From Myxococcota bacterium (GTDB lineage: Bacteria; Myxococcota_A; Polyangia; Nannocystales; Nannocystaceae), in the NCBI GenBank assembly GCA_039028615.1, contig JBCCHT010000062.1, positions 1-49,994 on the forward strand: a stretch of DNA of 49,994 nucleotides, given 5' to 3'. Below are positions 46,574-49,994 of this stretch, in pieces. Each line of letters opens with the position of its first letter. Within the stretch, counting starts at the first letter, position 1. A program made the position numbers and the translations under genes. The notes beneath the pieces were generated by a model, which did no database searches, had not been told where the DNA came from, and saw only the letters and a list, made by a program, of their open reading frames with translations.

Positions 46574-47801
46574 TCGAGAACGCGAGGGCACCGAGGCGGG
46601 CGTTGCCGAAGCGGTTGGTCTGGAACACGTGGTTGTAGGTCGCTTCGATCCAGCCGCGCTCGAGCCAGTCGAGCCCCCGGTACTTGGCCAGGCCATCGAG
46701 TTCCAGCACGACTTGCACGCCGGGCGTGTGGGAGTGGAAGGCTCCCATTTTCGGGTCCGCCGTGGCGTAGCTGCCCGTGGACGTGCTGCAGGAGAATTGG
46801 CCACCGTCGTTGATGTCGTCGCCAGGGCTGTCGGTGCAGATGAACGACGCCGATTGCCGATAGTACCGATACCGAGCCCGGAGGCGAAGGTGATCCAGCA
46901 CGCGCACGTGCACTCGGGGGTCGATGGAGTGCGTGCGAATGTCCCACGAGTCGGCCGTGAAGCGGTATCTCGGCTCGAAGACCAGCGGCGTCTTGGGCAC
47001 CGACCACCGCACACCGCCGGCCAGGGCGACCTGCGCCCGGGCCAAGGGGTGACTCTCCACGTCTGCGGTGGGGATCTGGGCGCCGCGATAGGGGTTGTCT
47101 TGCGGCCCCAAGGTGCGAGCGACTTCGACCGTCGCGAGTCCCAAGACGGTCCGGTGCCAGGCGTGGGTGTACCCGGCGGAGATGTAGTGGACCTGGCGGA
47201 GGTTGGAGCCGAGGCCTCGCCCCGTTGCCCGGCAATCGGCGATGTCGACCTGGCCGCCGCACCATGGTGCTCGGGCCCCGGTGTTGTTCTGGATCCGGCT
47301 GACGCGGTCGAAGTTGTACGCGTACGACAGGCTCAGCGTCATGCTGCGCTGGAGCAGGTCGCGAGCGCCGAAGACGCCAATGCTCCGCGAGATGTAATCG
47401 GTCTCGGTCGAGTAGCGGAAGAAGCCGCCCATCGACCACTCGCCGATCTTCGAGGCGGCCCGGCCCAGGACCTCGTGGCGAATCTCGGTGAAGACGAGGT
47501 CACCGCCGGTCACCTGGGCCGTGCCCGAGGCGATGGACGCGGAGCTGATCGCATCGAGCACGTAGGCGGTGCCGAGCGACAGCCGCTCGTCGGGCACGTC
47601 GACCTCGACGTCGACCATGGGCTGGAGCACGCGGGTCGAGGCTTCGCGGTAGTAGTTGCCGCGCACGATGACCCGGTCGGCGCCGGCCGACAGCCGCGGC
47701 AGCACGCACACCAGCAGCAGGGGAAGGACCCAGCTCAGGGTCATCCAGGTGCGTGCCCACCGAGTGCACCGAGCGCGCGCAGTGGTGCTCGCTAGCCGCA
47801 A
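46563..47801 (-). CDS. DUF3570 family outer-membrane beta-barrel protein
   Basis: YYRE...RV...P, LDAISSAS, STETDYIS, NPYR, ESHP...R, YRFTADSWDIRTH, RYRYYRQ, TADPKM; ends in F. Start TTG 47801 (overlapping DUF4266) or ATG 47744. Confidence 0.85.
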   Translation of the reverse strand: MRLASTTARARCTRWARTWMTLSWVLPLLLVCVLPRLSAGADRVIVRGNYYREASTRVLQPMVDVEVDVPDERLSLGTAYVLDAISSASIASGTAQVTGGDLVFTEIRHEVLGRAASKIGEWSMGGFFRYSTETDYISRSIGVFGARDLLQRSMTLSLSYAYNFDRVSRIQNNTGARAPWCGGQVDIADCRATGRGLGSNLRQVHYISAGYTHAWHRTVLGLATVEVARTLGPQDNPYRGAQIPTADVESHPLARAQVALAGGVRWSVPKTPLVFEPRYRFTADSWDIRTHSIDPRVHVRVLDHLRLRARYRYYRQSASFICTDSPGDDINDGGQFSCSTSTGSYATADPKMGAFHSHTPGVQVVLELDGLAKYRGLDWLERGWIEATYNHVFQTNRFGNARLGALAFSIAF

Positions 47802-48028
47802 CCGCAGCCTCCTCCCGCCGCGCCGTGCCCCCCGAAGCCGGCCTCGCGCGCCGCTTCGATGTGGGTGTGCCAAATCTCTTCTTCGGCATCGGAGGCGGGA
47901 GTCATCTCGGGCGTGCTGAGTTCCTGACGCTCGGACGGCCGGACGGTGACGCAGCCGAGGCTTCCGAGAACCAGGATGGCGCCCATGGGCAGCGCGGCAC
48001 GAGCCAGGCGAGACGACGACCGTGACAT
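47792..48028 (-). CDS. DUF4266 small lipoprotein
   Basis: LGCVTVRPSERQELSTPEM...HIEAAREAGFGG...GGGCGCG-stop. Confidence 0.9.
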   Translation of the reverse strand: MSRSSSRLARAALPMGAILVLGSLGCVTVRPSERQELSTPEMTPASDAEEEIWHTHIEAAREAGFGGHGAAGGGCGCG

Positions 48029-48158
48029 GGTCCAACGCTGCCCCAAGCGGGACCCGCCGGGCAAGCGCTCGCGGGGGTGGCGGCGGGTGTGAGGAAAGGC
48101 GGGCGTAGGGATGAACCGTCGCTTGCTCCAACCCCGTGCCGCGCCTAGCCTCGCGCCG

Positions 48159-48863
48159 ATGGGCTCGAGTGTTTCGGCTGGGAACCCCCGTGTGGTCGTC
48201 ATCGATGGGCCCGCGGGTGCAGGCAAGACCACCGCCGCGCGAGCCCTGGCGCGGCACTTGGGCCTGCCCCTGCTCGACACCGGGGCCATCTATCGCTCGG
48301 TGGCGCTGTCGGCCCGACGCCAAGGCATCGCCTGGGACGACGAGGCGCGCCTGGCCGAGCTGGCACAGTCCCTGCCGATTCGTTTCGGAGGCCTGCCTGC
48401 GCCCGGTGAGCCGGATGCCCCGCAGAAGGTCTGGCTCGGCGACGACGACGTGACCACCGACATCCGCACGCCCGAGATCTCGGACGGTGCGTCCCGGGTC
48501 TCTGCGCTGCCAGGCGTGCGTAAAGCCCTGCTGGCGCAGCAACGCGCCCTGGGCGCTACGGGCTGCGTCGCCGAGGGTCGCGACATGGGCACGGTGGTGT
48601 TCCCCGATGCCCGGCACAAGTTCTTCGTCACCGCCGACCTCGCGAGCCGAGCGGCGCGCCGACAGGCGGAGGGCGGAGGCGTGCCGCTGGCCCAGGTCGA
48701 GCAGGAGATGCGGTCGCGAGACGCGCGAGACTCGGGTCGTGCCACTGCTCCGCTGGCGCAGGCCGACGACGCCGTGGTGGTCGACACCACGCATCTCGAT
48801 CCCCAGGGCGTGCTCGACCTCATCCTCGCCCGGGTCCGCGAGCGTGACGACGCGGACGCGTAG
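48159..48863 (+). CDS. cmk: Cytidylate kinase
   Basis: IDGPAGAGKTT, LDTGAIYR, EGRDMGTVVFP, RDARD. Confidence 0.95.
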   Translation: MGSSVSAGNPRVVVIDGPAGAGKTTAARALARHLGLPLLDTGAIYRSVALSARRQGIAWDDEARLAELAQSLPIRFGGLPAPGEPDAPQKVWLGDDDVTTDIRTPEISDGASRVSALPGVRKALLAQQRALGATGCVAEGRDMGTVVFPDARHKFFVTADLASRAARRQAEGGGVPLAQVEQEMRSRDARDSGRATAPLAQADDAVVVDTTHLDPQGVLDLILARVRERDDADA

Positions 48864-48911
48864 TTTTCGCGAAATCGCGAAAAAACGGGGCTAGTCGGCC
48901 GCTAGGCGCAG

Positions 48912-48940
48912 TTGACCGCCGCTGGCAAAGGCCCTACCTT
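48912..48940 (+). promoter_or_regulatory. sigma70-type promoter upstream of rpsA
   Basis: TTGACC-N17-TACCTT, 105 bp before the ATG. Confidence 0.65.
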
Positions 48941-49045
48941 CCGGCTCCCAACGGCCTGGCCGTCGCACGAGCGATACCTCGTGGCGTACGGAACGGTCGC
49001 CACTGGGATCACCCTCAACTCATCAACCCGAACATCCACCCACAC

Positions 49046-49994
<949 letters not shown>

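Noticed and set aside
47792..47810. Selenocysteine or readthrough at the DUF4266 C-terminal CGCG
   Set aside because: Both Cys codons are TGC and the stop is TAG, at the usual family end.
520..48794. Many long overlapping or antisense ORFs in the track (e.g. 4633-7308, 8803-11679, 26066-28741, 29131-31350, 39794-42760)
   Set aside because: Shadow frames expected in high-GC coding DNA: Arg/Gly/Pro-rich or mirror-image composition, fully overlapping well-supported genes.

Overview
A GC-rich (roughly 70%, by eye) chromosomal window, most likely from a myxobacterium (Myxococcota, possibly Nannocystaceae-like). That assignment is inferred from giant TPR proteins, TIGR04565-type outer-membrane barrels, a kinase-sigma54 activator fusion and a Roadblock protein. 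Housekeeping genes: glpD, lipB, ftsY, smc, yhhQ, lspA, cmk and the 5' part of rpsA. No rRNA, tRNA, CRISPR array or intact transposase was seen. Main points of interest: (1) a candidate zinc-starvation module, made of a His-rich lipoprotein and a MerC-family protein each preceded by a TGCAA-N5-TTGCA box, one of which is shared with a divergent queuosine-precursor transporter; (2) a D-Ala-D-Ala ligase homologue that keeps its ATP/Mg residues but has lost the D-Ala site and omega loop, coupled to a monofunctional transglycosylase; (3) a double HARE-HTH protein with a degenerate Mrr-like domain, whose stop codon is occupied by a 167-bp CTAG-flanked fold-back MITE; (4) a DUF4266-DUF3570 operon without the usual ApbE/thioredoxin partners; (5) a kinase-TPR-GAF-bEBP gene followed by a sigma54 promoter; (6) nine GATC sites in the divergent ftsY/smc promoter region. 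All family assignments come from motif recognition by eye, not database searches, and several start codons are re-called from the ORF track.
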